DNA of 64,000 nt from assembly GCA_051362555.1 (NCBI GenBank), contig CM120649.1, positions 5,146,001 through 5,210,000 on the forward strand, written 5' to 3'. Within the stretch, counting starts at the first letter, position 1. Every line of letters starts with the position of its first letter. Below are positions 26,601 to 40,157 of this stretch, piece after piece. This DNA is from Lingula anatina. Taxonomy: Eukaryota; Animalia; Brachiopoda. The notes under the pieces were generated by a model, which did no database searches, was not told the DNA's origin, and saw only the letters and a list, made by a program, of their open reading frames with translations. Position numbers and translations under genes: made by a program.

Positions 26601-26916
26601 ACACAGCATTTTTCACAATGATGCACAATTTGCCTGTGTCCAATCTTCTGGTTAAATTTCCACCGTCTTAAATTGCAGCAAATATATCCGGGTCTCACAA
26701 ATTACAGAGATACTTTGGTCATACATAACTAATCATATATTTATATATATAACTGTTGTATCTCCCAAATGTATAATATAAGAAGGGTTAAGGCAGTTCT
26801 AGTACTGGTCACATTCTCCAAGCAGGGAGACCCACACATGGCTCTGTAGCACAGTTATCATAGAAGGCTGAGCATTATGGAATTCTAAACGGTATGATAT
26901 GGTATACTATCAGATG

Positions 26917-29900
26917 TTAAAGGAAAGGATTTGTGGAACCTCCCCTGGGAGCTGTGGACTGCTGGGCGGCCATGTTCTGTGGATAAAAAAAATCAAAAGA
27001 TGCACTGAGTTGATACTCTCTCTATTGCACTCTTTAAATGTGTCAGGCCCCATTAAACAAAAAAACTCATGTCAGGTTCTCTTGCTAAGTTACATGCGCA
27101 AATCTTACCTTATCAGGAACAGCATTTCAGCATTCTCATGGAAATCCTAGTCAACTTAACCAGAGAACCGAATTCAGTTCTTTTGTGAAACTGGGGCCAG
27201 GTCTTAATATTTTGACATGTGGTGACAAGAAAGTGACAAGAACCTCCACTTCTTTATCTTTAAAACAACTTAAAATCTACTATAATAATTAGAGAAAATT
27301 CTGTTTCAACTAAACATTTTCATCCAGTGTAGTCATAACTAAACAAGTCAGATACAGCTGATTTTCATTCAAGCTACATATCATCACTTGGATGTTAATA
27401 TGAAACAAAATAAAAATAAATAAAATAAAAAATAATTCAATAAAAATGAGAAATTACCATGAAGGGGTTGGCAGCAGGCTGTTGTGCCCCCCATCCTCCT
27501 CCTACAGTTTGTTGTGGCTGCATGCCAAACCCCCCTCCTGGTTGACCCCCTGCCATCCCTGGGGATTTAAACTGTCCTGGCATAGAACCAAAACCACCCA
27601 TCTGACCTTGACCTTGACCCCAGCCTTGACCTCCGGCACCAAAAGCACCATTGGGCTGTTGTGCCCCAGTCCCAAATTGCTGTCCACCTCCGAACTGACC
27701 GCCAGGTGCAGTGGTCATCATGGGCTGGGTTTGAAACTGACCGCCAAACTGACTTCCCATCTGGGTGGACTGGGCACTACTGCCGAACTGGCCAAAACCA
27801 CCTGCTCCCGTGGACACTGGTTGCTGTGTACCAAACTGGCCGAACTGACCGCCCGAGCTGGCTTGACCGAACCCGCCAGCAGTGGCCATACTGGTGTGAG
27901 CTTGACCACCAGGGAAGCCGCCCCCTCCACCGCCACCTGCCCCGCCCATGAAGGGGTTGGCCACAGGTTGTTGAGTAAAAGCTGAGGATACGGGGCCTCC
28001 ACCCCCGGGGCCTCCTCCAAATGGGTTTGCCGCACCCTGGGGTTGCCCTGCAAGGATATCACAAGGAACACTATCAATAACTAGCATTAACTTTATCCTA
28101 GCAGCTATGTTATGCTGGAAATATCAAAATTTGAAGATTCAATTATTTTGTGCAGTTTGGTATGAAAGAAAATAGAAAAATGTAGAGAAAACTATTGACT
28201 GAGAATCAGGAATTGCATGTAAAAATCCACAAACATTCCAAATTCAGAATTCAGTTCAAATCTCTGTATGTTTAAACTTCACAATATAAATGAGTTGTAA
28301 TTATGTTTGTTCCAGACATTGCTTCGCTCGGTCTACTTTGAAAACTGGGGTATGAAAAAAATCAATAATACCTCAATTGAAATCTACAGGGAAATCAATG
28401 TTCAAAATCTGACAGGTGAAAAACCAAGTAGCAAATAAAATGGTATGTCTTAAATAATAATTATAATTTTTAAAAAATTGATACTTTCATTTATTACTAT
28501 CTTCATCATTTGCCACATTACCTCTCTGTATAAAAGGATTGGTGGGTACTCGACCCCAACAGATATTATCATTGGAATGGCTACTAGCTGAATAGAGAGT
28601 TATCATATAGCCATAGTATACAGAAAAAGAGACACTATATATCTACTTGCTGGCTATTCTATTTATTGACCAAATTTCCAGTGAAGTTGTGACCACTCAA
28701 CTTAGGTCATACTATCTCAAAAAATTTAACCAGTTTTACAAAGGAGCTTTGGCTGAAAATTGGTCTGCTAAATTCCAAAATTTTGGTCTGCTTCAGTTCA
28801 GTATAAATGCGCAAAAGTCTGCCTAAAATGAAAGCCACAATTTGAGACATTAGGGAACATTGCATTTTTGTTATAAAAAACGCTCAAAGTGTCATTAAAA
28901 AAATGTTAAAAAAATAAAATTTTGTTCTAAAAATTAGTTCAGGCTCATTTTGGTCCAATAGTTCTTTCAAGAAACATGAACTTGCCCCCACCCCTCAAAT
29001 TATTGGTGGCAAAACCCTGTCTTTTTGTCCACTGTTACTGAGATTGTGACAAGTCACCCGAGATTCAATTGGTTTCTGTAAGAAGTAAGGAGAGAAAATA
29101 GCCGTTTACACCACAATTTGACTGGAAATATGGCCTCACTATAATATATAGACTGTTAGTTCTCTTGCCAGCTGTCTTGTATATTAGAAAGTTAAAAGAG
29201 AGAGTAATTTTTAAAAATTACTAGAGTTAAAATGTGTTGTGATTCTTTATTACTCCTTAATTCCAATGTATTTAATTGGAAACTTGTTAAATTACTTTAA
29301 TGTGAAAGACCTGTGTGATACTTAGATCTATTTTAATTATTTAAAAAATATCCAAGGTGTTAGTAGAACTATTTTGAGCATTCAACAGACCAAAAAGGTT
29401 TACTTCATTCCGTTAGTTTGGATAAATGTTTACTCAACATGGCAAACTCATGAATGGCAAACTAAAGCAGTACTGAAAATTCATTGTTAGTACCCATTTT
29501 CACAAATGAAAATACCAAAGGTATTAATTTTCAAATTTCAATAATCTTTTGCAGTGGGGGAGTGGGCTGGGCATAAGTTGAAGAAATGAAAAATGAAGAA
29601 AACCAATGAGAGTAAATGGTAAACTCTGAAGATTTTACAAAAAAATAATTATAGCGATAACATCACTCTCAATATGTTTTGAATATACTAGTCTTTTGGT
29701 TTCTTAAAAATTAATAAAAAATTTATTTTTTTCTTTTCTCACTCTTGTGTTGCTCTTTTTCATTTCTTAAAAATGTAATAAAATTATAATTTTTATTCCT
29801 TACTCCTGTGCTTACACTACATACAGTCCTTGATGGCCCTGATATTCCACTACTATTGCAAGTGAGCTTAAATGATGTGTTGCAACTGTGTACGCACATA

Positions 29901-30139
29901 AAATGTGCACATATCTAATATGTAGGGGATGGTATCAGGTACAGGCATGATAGGGATGAAGTTTTGGAATAGGACTACTGTAACAACAAGTTCTGTGACT
30001 GACTTAGACGTGTTATGTTTATGACATTTGAACTTTCAGTATGTGAAAAAGAAAAACTGCATCATTTTTAAGGAATTGAGTTTGGATTTTCTTTTAATTG
30101 GATGGATAACACTGACACTGGCTACCAAGTGCCCACAAA

Positions 30140-30178
<39 letters not shown>

Positions 30179-33100
30179 AAATCTGGTTTTACAAAGTGTA
30201 TTGCACTAGGAATTTGACCTGCAAGTAAGAACTTTATATATGTTTATGTAAACAAAAAGCCGAACCTTTGTCCCATTGCCATAAACCATTAGTAAAGCAT
30301 TGAAATATTATATAAATAATAGGAAATAATATGCATAAGATATTATGACTGTATTTATTTCTAAGCACAACTTCTTGCATGAAAAGTCTTGTCATGCACC
30401 TTGATAAATGTCTGCCTTTCATGCAGCATTCTTTGGATTATGAAAATTTCAAAGAATAACAGCAATTGCAACATAGTTTATAGATATAGAAAGGAGATCA
30501 ACAGCTTATGCAACTTTCATGCATTCAGTATAAAATAAATTTGCAACAGTAAACATAATAACACCTAACTTGCATGAAGAAATTCAAAGTAACAGATACA
30601 CAGTGTTAAAGCAAGAGGAACAAAATGCCTGTCATACCTGCCCCACCAAATACAGACGAGCTAGCTGTCGAAGTCGCCCCAAATGATGATGCAGCGCCCC
30701 CTACACCAGTGCTCCAACCACTTCCGCCACCCCCTCCGACACTACCCCCAGTGCCAGGGTTACTCCAATTCACGCCACCACTGCCAGCGCCACCTGCTGG
30801 CCCGTCCCAGCTGACGCTCTGCACCACTGGCGCAGTCTCGGCCTCGGGTGAACTGAACAAGTCAGCGAGAGCCGCGTATTTGTCAGTAGAGGACGTCATG
30901 GCAGCAGACGAGGAGGCGGGCACCGGAGCACCACCTAGACCTGGGGCAGCGGCAGGGGCGGCTGTGGCTAGGTTAGAGGGACTTAGCATGGTACCCTGTT
31001 GGCCAGCAGGAGGAAAGCTACCAAATGCATTAGTTGCTGCAGATGGCTGTGGGGGAACACTATTGAATAATGCTGTAAGCAGAGAAGAACAACAGAGAAA
31101 ATCATAAATAATGATATATATGTATATATTAATATGTAGAACAGTATAAGGCCCTTTGCATATTGTGTGGTACACTTAATTGGATAGATCCATTTTGAAA
31201 GTGTGCCATCTTTACCACCTGGCTATTACCAAAAAACAGCTCCAAATTCAGCCAGTTTTTAAAAAAATGTGAAAGGCAATAAAACACCCTGTAATTATAT
31301 AAAAATACCTCTCAAAATTGACCGATCCAGTTCAGTGTACAGCTCAATGTGAAAAGGTCAAACCACCCTGAGTTACATAGTACTGACATGGATATTCCCC
31401 TCACCAAAACCCCTCAGCTGTGATGACTTCAATGTCAAGACTCAGGGTGACAAGGGACGCATTTAGAACAAGTTGATCCCTGGAATAACAGACCCGCAGA
31501 TCAAATATGGTCAACCCACTTGAAAGCATGCCACATAATCCCCTAATAGACAGACTCACTGAACAGATTCCCTATGGGGATTGCGCGGTAAGTTTTAAAG
31601 TGGGTTGGTCATACTTCAACTGTGGATCCGTTGGTCTGGGGATCAACTTTGGTTCTGAGTGCAGCCAAAGAGATCGTTAACACAGGATTTTATGTATTGA
31701 AGAAAATTCAAAGACCCAAGGATCACCATCAACCTGCCACTCAGACTACAGTTAGGGTATTATATCTTATAATAAAATACATATATATATATGTGTGTAT
31801 ATATGTCCAGTTCAACTGCACTGTACCAAAACAGCTGTCTTCCACCAATCAAGATTCAAAACAGATTGGCAATCATTTAACACAAAATATCTCAGAGTTT
31901 GGCCTTTTTGTTCCTTATTGTTATAATAACAAACTTATACATGCTCACCTAAAAAAAGCCCTTTAAAGTAGCAATCAAAAATGTTTCTGAGCGTAAAATA
32001 CATATATATGAGCAGTTGGTTTGGGGGCAGTTTAGTTGAGCTGACAATTCTGACATAGTATTTCCATCTTACACTGAACAGTGTTGTAAGACATGGTGGT
32101 ACTGGGGGAGAATCCCATTCTTGGCTGCATGTAAACTACAGAATACACAAATTACAGATCAGTATGACTTAAACATTTTACAGGACGAAAAAAGACATAC
32201 AATACATTTTCTAATGACATGGTCACGAACAGCCGATATTCAAAATCTGATTACCAAGTAAAAAGTCTTCTATATTAACCTTTATCTATGATTGCATTAC
32301 TGGAGAGTTTATTAGCATATTCTATATGAGGAATATCTGCTCTCTAAAGAATGACACTCCTGTAGAGCTGTTGAATACATGCTAATATGTCATCCAATTC
32401 ACACCTGCAACCACCTATCAAATATCTTATATGACACATCTATTCCATTAACATGCACTATACATTCATTCCCACAAAGATGCCGTGAAAAGAAAAAATC
32501 CAAATAAAAAATAATTACTCATGAAAAATAATTTTAAAAAATGCTTATGCTTTCAACATGCTGGGTGATGTGGATATGACCACTAATGCTAACTAATATG
32601 TAAATCATGACAGCTTTCTTTCTATCATTTTTTTTATTTCAAACAAGTTGTTTGGTTTAGATTTAGAATGTTTCTTTCTGCACGCAGTAATGAAGGGGAG
32701 GGACCAACTTACATGTTGACTGAGCAGGGCTAGCAGCAGGAAAAGACGGCTGACCACCAAATGCACCAAAGTCTGCAAAACCACCACCAGATGGTGCTAC
32801 AAGAAAAGACAACATGAAGATGTCACTAACATAGAAACAAAAGGTCAACTCATGGATCATTACTACTATTCATTAATACTTCTTCATAGTTAAAAAAAGC
32901 AGCAATTTTGCATTTCTGTTTCTTTTTACCCCTCAAAATATGTACATTACTGACAAAAATTAAACTGTATATGTTTTACTGAAATAACTGATATGAAAAG
33001 GATAAAAGGACAACCCAGCACTCTTAGTCAAAAAGAAAATGAACATAGATGGAGGCTTCAAACCAAGACTAATCTTAACATGTAAGAGGCAAAGCAATAG

Positions 33101-35145
33101 GTCTGCAGCAATATTCCCCAACTGCATATATATCTATTTCAGCCACCAGATGGAGTCTACACCCAAGACAAGCTAATTCCACACTCACCTTGCGGTGCTG
33201 CAGGAGCAGCAAAAGGGTCTCCCCCTAAATCCCCCAGCAGGTCCATAGCCGAGGACTTTGGCTGTTGTGGCTGCTGTGGAGGTGACTGTACTTGTTGTTG
33301 TTGTTGTTGGGGTGGTGGTTGTGCTGCTGATGGCTGCTGTTGTAACTGTTGTTGTTGTTGCTGTTGTTGTGCAGCAGCAAATGGAGTAGGTATTGCACCT
33401 GGGGCCGCTATCCTCTGTGGCTGACTACCTTGCTGGGACTGGAAGGAGAATGGAATGTATTTTTTTACTTTCATTGTCTCTTGTATGAAGGCAGTAAATG
33501 AAAAATTGATTGAAATGGCTCACATATGTTTAGTGCCTTTAGAAACAATTGGCTTTGTTCTACAACACAAGATTGTTGTGAGATTTTTTTTCTTTTTAAG
33601 TGATTATTTTTTCTTTTAAGACCACTTTGTATCACACTTCATAGTTTAATTAAATCAATTTCAGCTAATTTCTAAATATCACAAATATTACATTTTTCAC
33701 AAATATCACATTTTTCACACTGGTTGCACATTTCTTAGAAAAAGTCTAAAAACAGATGTGATTTAGAAGTAACAATCCGCACATATATTTTATAAATATT
33801 GAGTAAGTTTTAAACATATCAGTTGTATTCTTCCTTAAATATAAAACATTTTCATTAAATAATAGGGCTACTGAGCAAAAAGAGGTGACTAAAAATTAAG
33901 ACTTATCTCATTTAGATAAATAATCAATCATACATAAGTCGATAACCATGGTATATTAATAATATTCTTACTATTTGTCAAATTATTTACTTCAAATTTT
34001 ATATTCACCAAATACATAATTTGAAATTACATGTATGATAATAATAATAATAATAATAACAATATGGTAATTTATTAAAAATCAATGTTAAAATCACAAT
34101 TAAAATCATCTACCTTATTTGGCTGTATAACTAGCTTTGGTGCATTACTTCCTACCAGTGTACGTAGAGGTTTTGTTCCGTCGTCTCTGGACACTGTATT
34201 CAACTGCTTGGCCTCTTCTTTCATACTCTCCGTAGGGGCCACATACCAGCGCTTCTTTTCATATTTTTGAACCATAAAGTCTTTTATTTTCTGTTCGTCT
34301 TTGTGATTGAATTCAGGGGTGGATCTGGCATCATAAAGACCTAGGTAGACTTTCCGACAAAACTGAAATGGAGAGAATATGTTTGTTTGATATAGAATTA
34401 CAAGTGTGTGTGTATAATGTCTTAGACTTTTACCTAAGTTCTTGTACCTTGTAATTAGGCTGTATGTATATCAAAGTTGGACAGACAAAGTGTTGGGTAC
34501 AACAATGCGAAAATAATGTGCTAGTTGCAATGCTATGTTAGGTAAATCAATGACAGCACAATTGCTGTGATATTACAGTCCTTACAGTTGTTCCACAATC
34601 CCAGTGTCTTAATTTTAACTGGAAGAACATCAGCTGTGTCATGGACATTGTGTTAGCTGTGACGGCATAGCAGTTGTGACAGTGATGGCAATATTGTGCT
34701 AGTTGTGACAGTGCCAATGTGTTGGCTGTATCAGTTAGAGTGTGTTAGGTGTGACAATAGTGCGCAATCCGTACCTCATTCCCATGACACTGTAAGAAGT
34801 CCATTTCTTCAGGAGTGAAACTAGTCATAGAAATTGACTTTACTCTATATGGGGGATTCAGGCCACGTCTGAAAAGAAGAAAAAAAAATTAGTATCACAA
34901 TTGCCAGAATCACATAAATTACATCACCAAGTTAAAAAAATTTCAAACCATTTCAGTTCATAACTATGTTTCCCTCAAACCAATTTATTCTTGTAATGCA
35001 ATACCTAATTTTTTTCTTTTAAGAAAATTGTATTAAAAATCAGTGACAAAGAAATATTTCACATCCAGTGTGGTGGAAGAGGGGCAGATGTCCTATTATT
35101 TTCCAAAATTGGAGATGAGGCATTCTCTTCTCCCACATTACTTCA

Positions 35146-35195
<50 letters not shown>

Positions 35196-35910
35196 AGCAA
35201 TAATGATGATATTTGCTTAGGTAGGGGTTGAGAAAAAGGAGCAAAGTAAATTTCTTGTCCATGCTTCGCATTAAACGATATTCTGAATCAACAAGTAATT
35301 CTCACATTGCTATTTTATATCTCCTCAATTGATCCGCCTTGTCCCTAACGACAGTTACCATGAGTATTTCAGTCACATTAAGTGTGCCATTTTTAGAATC
35401 AATTCACCAATTCTCTCGGGGTGAGAAACAAAAATTCACATTACTTTCATTTCCATCATCACCCACAGTTCTACTGGATCAATAAACAGGTTGAATTGTA
35501 TTCGTCTCTTGGGCCATTCAGTCACATTTTTGGCCGAATAACAAATATTACGTGCCAAATTTATGATAAGTTAATTACGGTGACATTTAACAAAAAATCC
35601 CATTTCTTCAGCCAATATACTGGTATATCAACTGAAGCAATTGACAGAAAATTGCATGCAACAGTTCTTGTGCATTCAACAGATAACATGAGTCACTTTT
35701 TTTCTGCCTACCAGGCATTGATCCAAAACTGAATAAATCAGTTTTTTTTCTTGTTTTGTTTTTGCTTTTTTGTTTTTTGTTATTTTTTGTTTTCTTTTTT
35801 CTTAATCAAACATACTCACCGCCTCATCTCATTGCAATACATTTCATTATCTCTAATCAAGTGGTCATCACTGTAACTATGACCAATAGACAATATCACA
35901 CAGACAATTA

Positions 35911-35947
<37 letters not shown>

Positions 35948-38900
35948 AAAATTTCACATGCATTATAGCATCCATGTTCTCATTTAATGTCTAAAGACCT
36001 TTTTTTAGTTTAAGCCCATTTGAAGACAGCTAAATGTAGCACAAGGATCCTAGAATGGCCTATTATCATACTTATTCAATCCATCAAGCCATAACAAATA
36101 TTAGCAATGGTTGTCGTTCACGATCTAGCCTCATCGTACCATATGTCATGTTCACAAAGTGTGTGTACTGTAATGATTCACTCTGATAAAAGAGAACAGG
36201 AAACGCTGTTTCAATTGACACCCTGCTCCCTCGATATCTATTTATTATCACTTTGATGAAAATTGTCTTCATGAGATCTAAGACTGTCTTTTACTTCTCG
36301 GTTAAAAAGAAAGAGTTTGCATTACAACTCAACACAGTCAAGGGCAAGTTTCAAATAGGGCTCCTAAATGAAAATATGGGTATTAAAATCATTATCAGTT
36401 TATCAATGCGAAGTCTTAAGCTAATCAGTGTTCATCACCCAGGCTTACATTCTTTACACAGACATAGTGATACATACCCATGTACATGCACACTCGCGCA
36501 CACACACGCACACAGACACATGCACACATGTGCACACATGCACACACACTGACAAAAGGTCCTACAAGATAAGCAATAATCACACACAATAATCAAGATC
36601 AAGTGGTTCTTCTTGACATACATCAAGTGTACTTCTCTTATCATTCATATTCATTACTAGTTAATAGTAACGGTTACCTTTAATAAGTTCTGTTAAGATA
36701 ACAGCTTTGGACTGACAATTGTTCATCTAGAGTGACACTTTTTTTATCTTTGTCAGTGAAAATGGCTGGCAACACCAGCAAGGTTTCCACTGTTGGCAAT
36801 GGCATATCTGAGAAAATGTGGTACTTCATAAAGCTGCATTCCAAAATGATACAGATCTCTCAGTTGTTTTGATAGAAAACAAAATCAAGAGAAAACTACT
36901 GTAATTGACTGTGTTTGTGTGTGTGTGTGGGGGGGGGGGGGGTTACCAGTACATACGTAAACTAAAATTATCCAAATTTATACTAGTAATAATAATAATA
37001 ATAATAATAATCTTTATTGGAGAAATCGCAACCCGAAGGTTGAAGTTATACAATTACATATATATGAATATTTAAGTCAAGGAAGCCTGGTCATTTTTGC
37101 ACTGGTGCACTCTGTAGGCGGTCTCACCTCCCTGGGGAGCATACAGCTCGGCTGCCATATTAGGCGCTCATAGCTAATATATCATTTCTGCACTACCTGA
37201 CCAGGCCCCTGCTTCAACCCCTTAGTGCTGAGTGCCAAGCGGGGAGACAGCAGGTACCATTTATAAAGGACTGGTATGTCCCCGGACGGGATTTGAACCC
37301 ACGTCCTCCCGCTCCAGGATTTGAACCCACGTCCTCCTGACCACAAGGCCATCCGGTCGTGGTGTGTGTGTGTGTGTTTGTGTGTGTGCAGGCACGTGCG
37401 TGTGTGACAAAAGGGCAAAAGTGATTACTGATAACTTAAATTAAATGGAACCATTAGGGTGAAAAAGTAACAGCAGCTAAATTCATCTACTTCATATATC
37501 CAACAAATCTTGCTGACTATCAGTTTTTGTTTGAGTGTGTGTGATAAATGATAAGTTGTAACAGGCCTAACTGGAGAACAACTCAGTATACAAGGAAAAC
37601 ATCTTATCTGGGTTATCAAGGGTCAATATATTGTAGAATGATAATTCATGTAATAGATACTGGAGAAAACAAAAATATTTTGAGATAGAGGTCTATCAAA
37701 TTTCAAGTGCATCCACTTAAATTTGAATGTACACAATCTGAAATATGAATTTAACTTAATCTAATTGCAGACTTTAGCCTATTTTAAGCTTAACAGCTTT
37801 ATATGTAAGCTTTATATGTTATTTTAAATTACTAGTAGTATAAAAAGGTCTAAGAATGCTTACTAGTACATTTTCAACATCTTTACATCTGCAATTACGC
37901 AGATTCCATTACAGTTGTCAATGATATCCTCATTACAGTAATCACTGGTAAAAGAAGTCATTAAATAGCCAAAGAAATAAGTGGATCTCTCCAATAAGAG
38001 TTTCTACTAAAGTTAATTTAAGGCCCATCTCTAATTTGAAAGTCGAGTAATGAGACTGCTTAACACAAATTACACTGCTGACTCAGTATGTTGACCTAAT
38101 ATGTTGACCCAGTATGTTGACCTGATATGTTGACCTTTAAGCTGAGAAACAGCCCATTGACACATAATAATATTAATTAGGATCACACACATGCATAAAT
38201 TGACTGTGTGCAAATGACATGAAAATGAAACCTTCTTTAACCACCAGCTGCTTACCAAGTAAATGTCAGCTCAATTACTTTGAAAGTTAGCTAACATCAA
38301 AGAACCACACCATCAGGGCAATAGTGACATGTCATAATGACATTATGAAAATTAATCTAAAAACATATTTTTAACAAAACTGACAGGTGGTCATTGAATC
38401 ATGGAAAGATAACATGTCCTGCAGACATATGCAGGCCAATAATAAAATGTCAGATCAAGGTGTGTCTATTATCAATGGATAAATCATAGAGGGAAAATTA
38501 TAATGCAAGGGGTCTGGAGGAGGGATGGGGGGGGGGGGTCTAAGTCATCAGGGGAGCCCTAGCTTCTCTTGTGGCCCAATCAGTGGGTATATGTCAGTCC
38601 TGGCCATTCCAGCCAGGGATAGAGTCAAGTTATAAGCAGAAGGAAAATATTGTAAGTATAAACAACCAAAAAATGAGATAACGGCACCCTCTCCCGCGCA
38701 GGTAGTCACTAAGTAAATCTTATGACAGCTGCAACTACACTCCTCAAATACTAGTACGACTTCAAGCATGCAGCAAGTGTCATCTAGTATCTACTAGTAA
38801 TTAGATCCCCAGTGTTAAAAAAATCAACACTAGAAAGGCAAGTAGTGCCATATCTTTACGATAAAAATATTTAGGCACGTTTTTACCGAAAAAAATGAAC

Positions 38901-39173
38901 GTCACACTCCTACTGTGTAAACTTAAACGGGTCGGATGCGGGAGGCGTTATGCAGAACATGAATCGTGGTCGAAAACGACCGGCGAAGACACAATAGCTC
39001 AATACTCACAATATTCCACTACAAGATGTGCACACGTAAGATCCTATCGTCATATTCACGTAGGTAGGGCCTCGTTGGCCACAGTCAAAGCACTGTTTGT
39101 TGTGTGGAAGGGACACCATCTCTCGTAACATTTTGAGGTGTTTCTCATCCTGCTTTCTCTTGTTGGTCGCCAT
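26917..39173 (-). CDS. AGFG1: Arf-GAP domain and FG repeat-containing protein (AGFG1/HRB/drongo ortholog; 641 aa core, up to 684 aa with cassette exons)
   Basis: Exons 39010-39173, 34775-34868, 34114-34362, 33189-33438, 32713-32796, [32073-32135], 30638-31072, [28522-28587], 27458-28047, 26917-26976. ArfGAP zinc finger CFDCGQRGPTYVNMTIGSYVCTSCSGILRGLNPPYRVKSISMTSF, KYEKKRWY, DLLGDLGGDPF, DKYAALADL, FG repeats, several NPF motifs and terminal STNPFL*. Confidence 0.95.
27044..27200. mobile_element. Small MITE with imperfect terminal inverted repeats (GGCCCC...GGGGCC; Harbinger/Tourist-like) in the last AGFG1 intron
   Basis: Left arm CAGGCCCCATTAAACAAAAAAACTCATGTCAGGTTCTCTTGCTAAGTTAC is an imperfect reverse complement of GTCAACTTAACCAGAGAACCGAATTCAGTTCTTTTGTGAAACTGGGGCCAG. 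Confidence 0.6.
28522..28587 (-). CDS. AGFG1: Putative 66-nt cassette exon of AGFG1 adding an NPF motif
   Basis: ctctctattcag|CT AGT...ACC AAT CCT TTT ATA CAG AGA G|gtaatg; phase 1-1; encodes ASSHSNDNICWGRVPTNPFIQR. Confidence 0.65.
32073..32135 (-). CDS. AGFG1: Putative 63-nt cassette exon of AGFG1
   Basis: tattctgtag|TT TAC ATG...GTT CAG T|gtaaga; phase 1-1; encodes FYMQPRMGFSPSTTMSYNTVQ. Confidence 0.6.
34515..34765. repeat. Degenerate short tandem repeat (TGTG(C/T)TAG(C/T)TGTGACA-like units) next to AGFG1 exon 2
   Basis: Recurring tgtgctagttg, tgttagctgtgac and tgtgttaggtgtgaca motifs. Confidence 0.5.
35147..35194. repeat. (ATT)n microsatellite
   Basis: Read directly. Confidence 0.9.
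36986..37360 (-). mobile_element. tRNA-derived SINE with a V-domain-like core and (TTA)n tail, in AGFG1 intron 1
   Basis: On the minus strand: A-box-like TGGCCTTGTGG, duplicated B-box GGGTTCAAATCC, central AATGGTACCTGCTGTCTCCCCGCTTGGCACTCAGCACTAAGGGG resembling the V-SINE domain, GTATGCTCCCCAGGGAG, and a 3' AATAAAG(ATT)n tail. Confidence 0.8.
38085..38136. repeat. 13-bp tandem repeat (A[G/A]TATGTTGACC-like) x4
   Basis: agtatgttgacct aatatgttgaccc agtatgttgacct gatatgttgacct. Confidence 0.85.
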
Positions 39174-39235
39174 CTTGAATTTGAAAGACGGAAGTAGGCG
39201 GAAACAAACGAAGTGGAAAATGTCCGGTCCAGTTC
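39166..39235 (-). promoter_or_regulatory. AGFG1 core promoter region with YY1- and ETS-like motifs
   Basis: AAGATGGCGAC spans the start codon on the minus strand. CGGAAGT and GGCGGAAA lie at about 39189-39204. The region is locally CpG-rich. Confidence 0.5.
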
Positions 39236-40074
39236 GTTAATGTGAAGTTGTACGCCACCTAACTCGCCGGCTTGCACGATATGGCCAAAACCATGACATC
39301 AGTTGTCACATTTCCTTAATGTGAGATTAACGGTGGGTGTCAGTTCACGTGGGCAATAATTGTGTTGGATGAGACCAAAATCATATCGCCATCTCACCTA
39401 ACACAATTCAGCAAATAGGCCTAGATCTAGTTTTTTTGGATCTTTTTTTACAAAAATATATTTTTAATATTTCGGGAAGTTGCCAAGTTTCTGTGTATTC
39501 TCTCAACAACAAGCTTGGAATTAACAAATCGGATTCTGATTTTTAAGATGAAAAATTACCCTTGTAAATCAACAGACATTTTGTATCACTTCTTCATCTT
39601 TTGAACACTTGAGAAATATTATTTTGGCCAAAGTATGTAAGTAATCGAAGTCGTTTTTCCTTCATTCATCTCGATATTCCATTTTTTATTTTACTTTATA
39701 TTTTTGTTGTAAGAACTGAACACAAATCAATTATATTAGGAGAAAAACACGGAATTCACGTTCTCCAGCATCTATGTCCAAAAATTTTTTTTTTCATTTG
39801 TTAATTTATTTATTGTTACTTGAGTGTGTAGAGGCATTCAATGCCAATACGTGTGCATTTTTTTTTTTTTTTTTGGGGGGGGGGGGGGGTCAAAATATGC
39901 CACTTTTACATTTTTAAAAGTTTTCTTGTAAAACTCTCTTGAAATGTAAATTTGAAAACGTGTTCAGGCAATTTTCATAGATAAAGTTATTACTAATTGA
40001 GCATAAATTCACATCTATTTTGTTCATCATGTTTTTATTTATCAATCTACAGTATTGACAGTGTTTTATTCGTC

Positions 40075-40157
<83 letters not shown>
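40075..40157. repeat. (TTA)n microsatellite
   Basis: Read directly; it produces the spurious poly-Leu ORF 39997-40266. Confidence 0.9.

Noticed and set aside
29868-29978. Possible alternative terminal exon of AGFG1 (VVLFQNFIPIMPVPDTIPY...*)
   Set aside because: Only an acceptor-like site and a short open frame, with no recognisable motif.
27446-31107. Long plus-strand ORFs (27446-27985, 30625-31107) suggesting an overlapping gene
   Set aside because: They are antisense shadows of GC-rich Gly/Ala/Pro codons in AGFG1 exons and end near the exon boundaries.
31560-31745. 186-nt AG/GT-flanked segment in AGFG1 as a possible poison exon
   Set aside because: It has an immediate in-frame TGA and a modest acceptor; it cannot be told from chance without RNA data.
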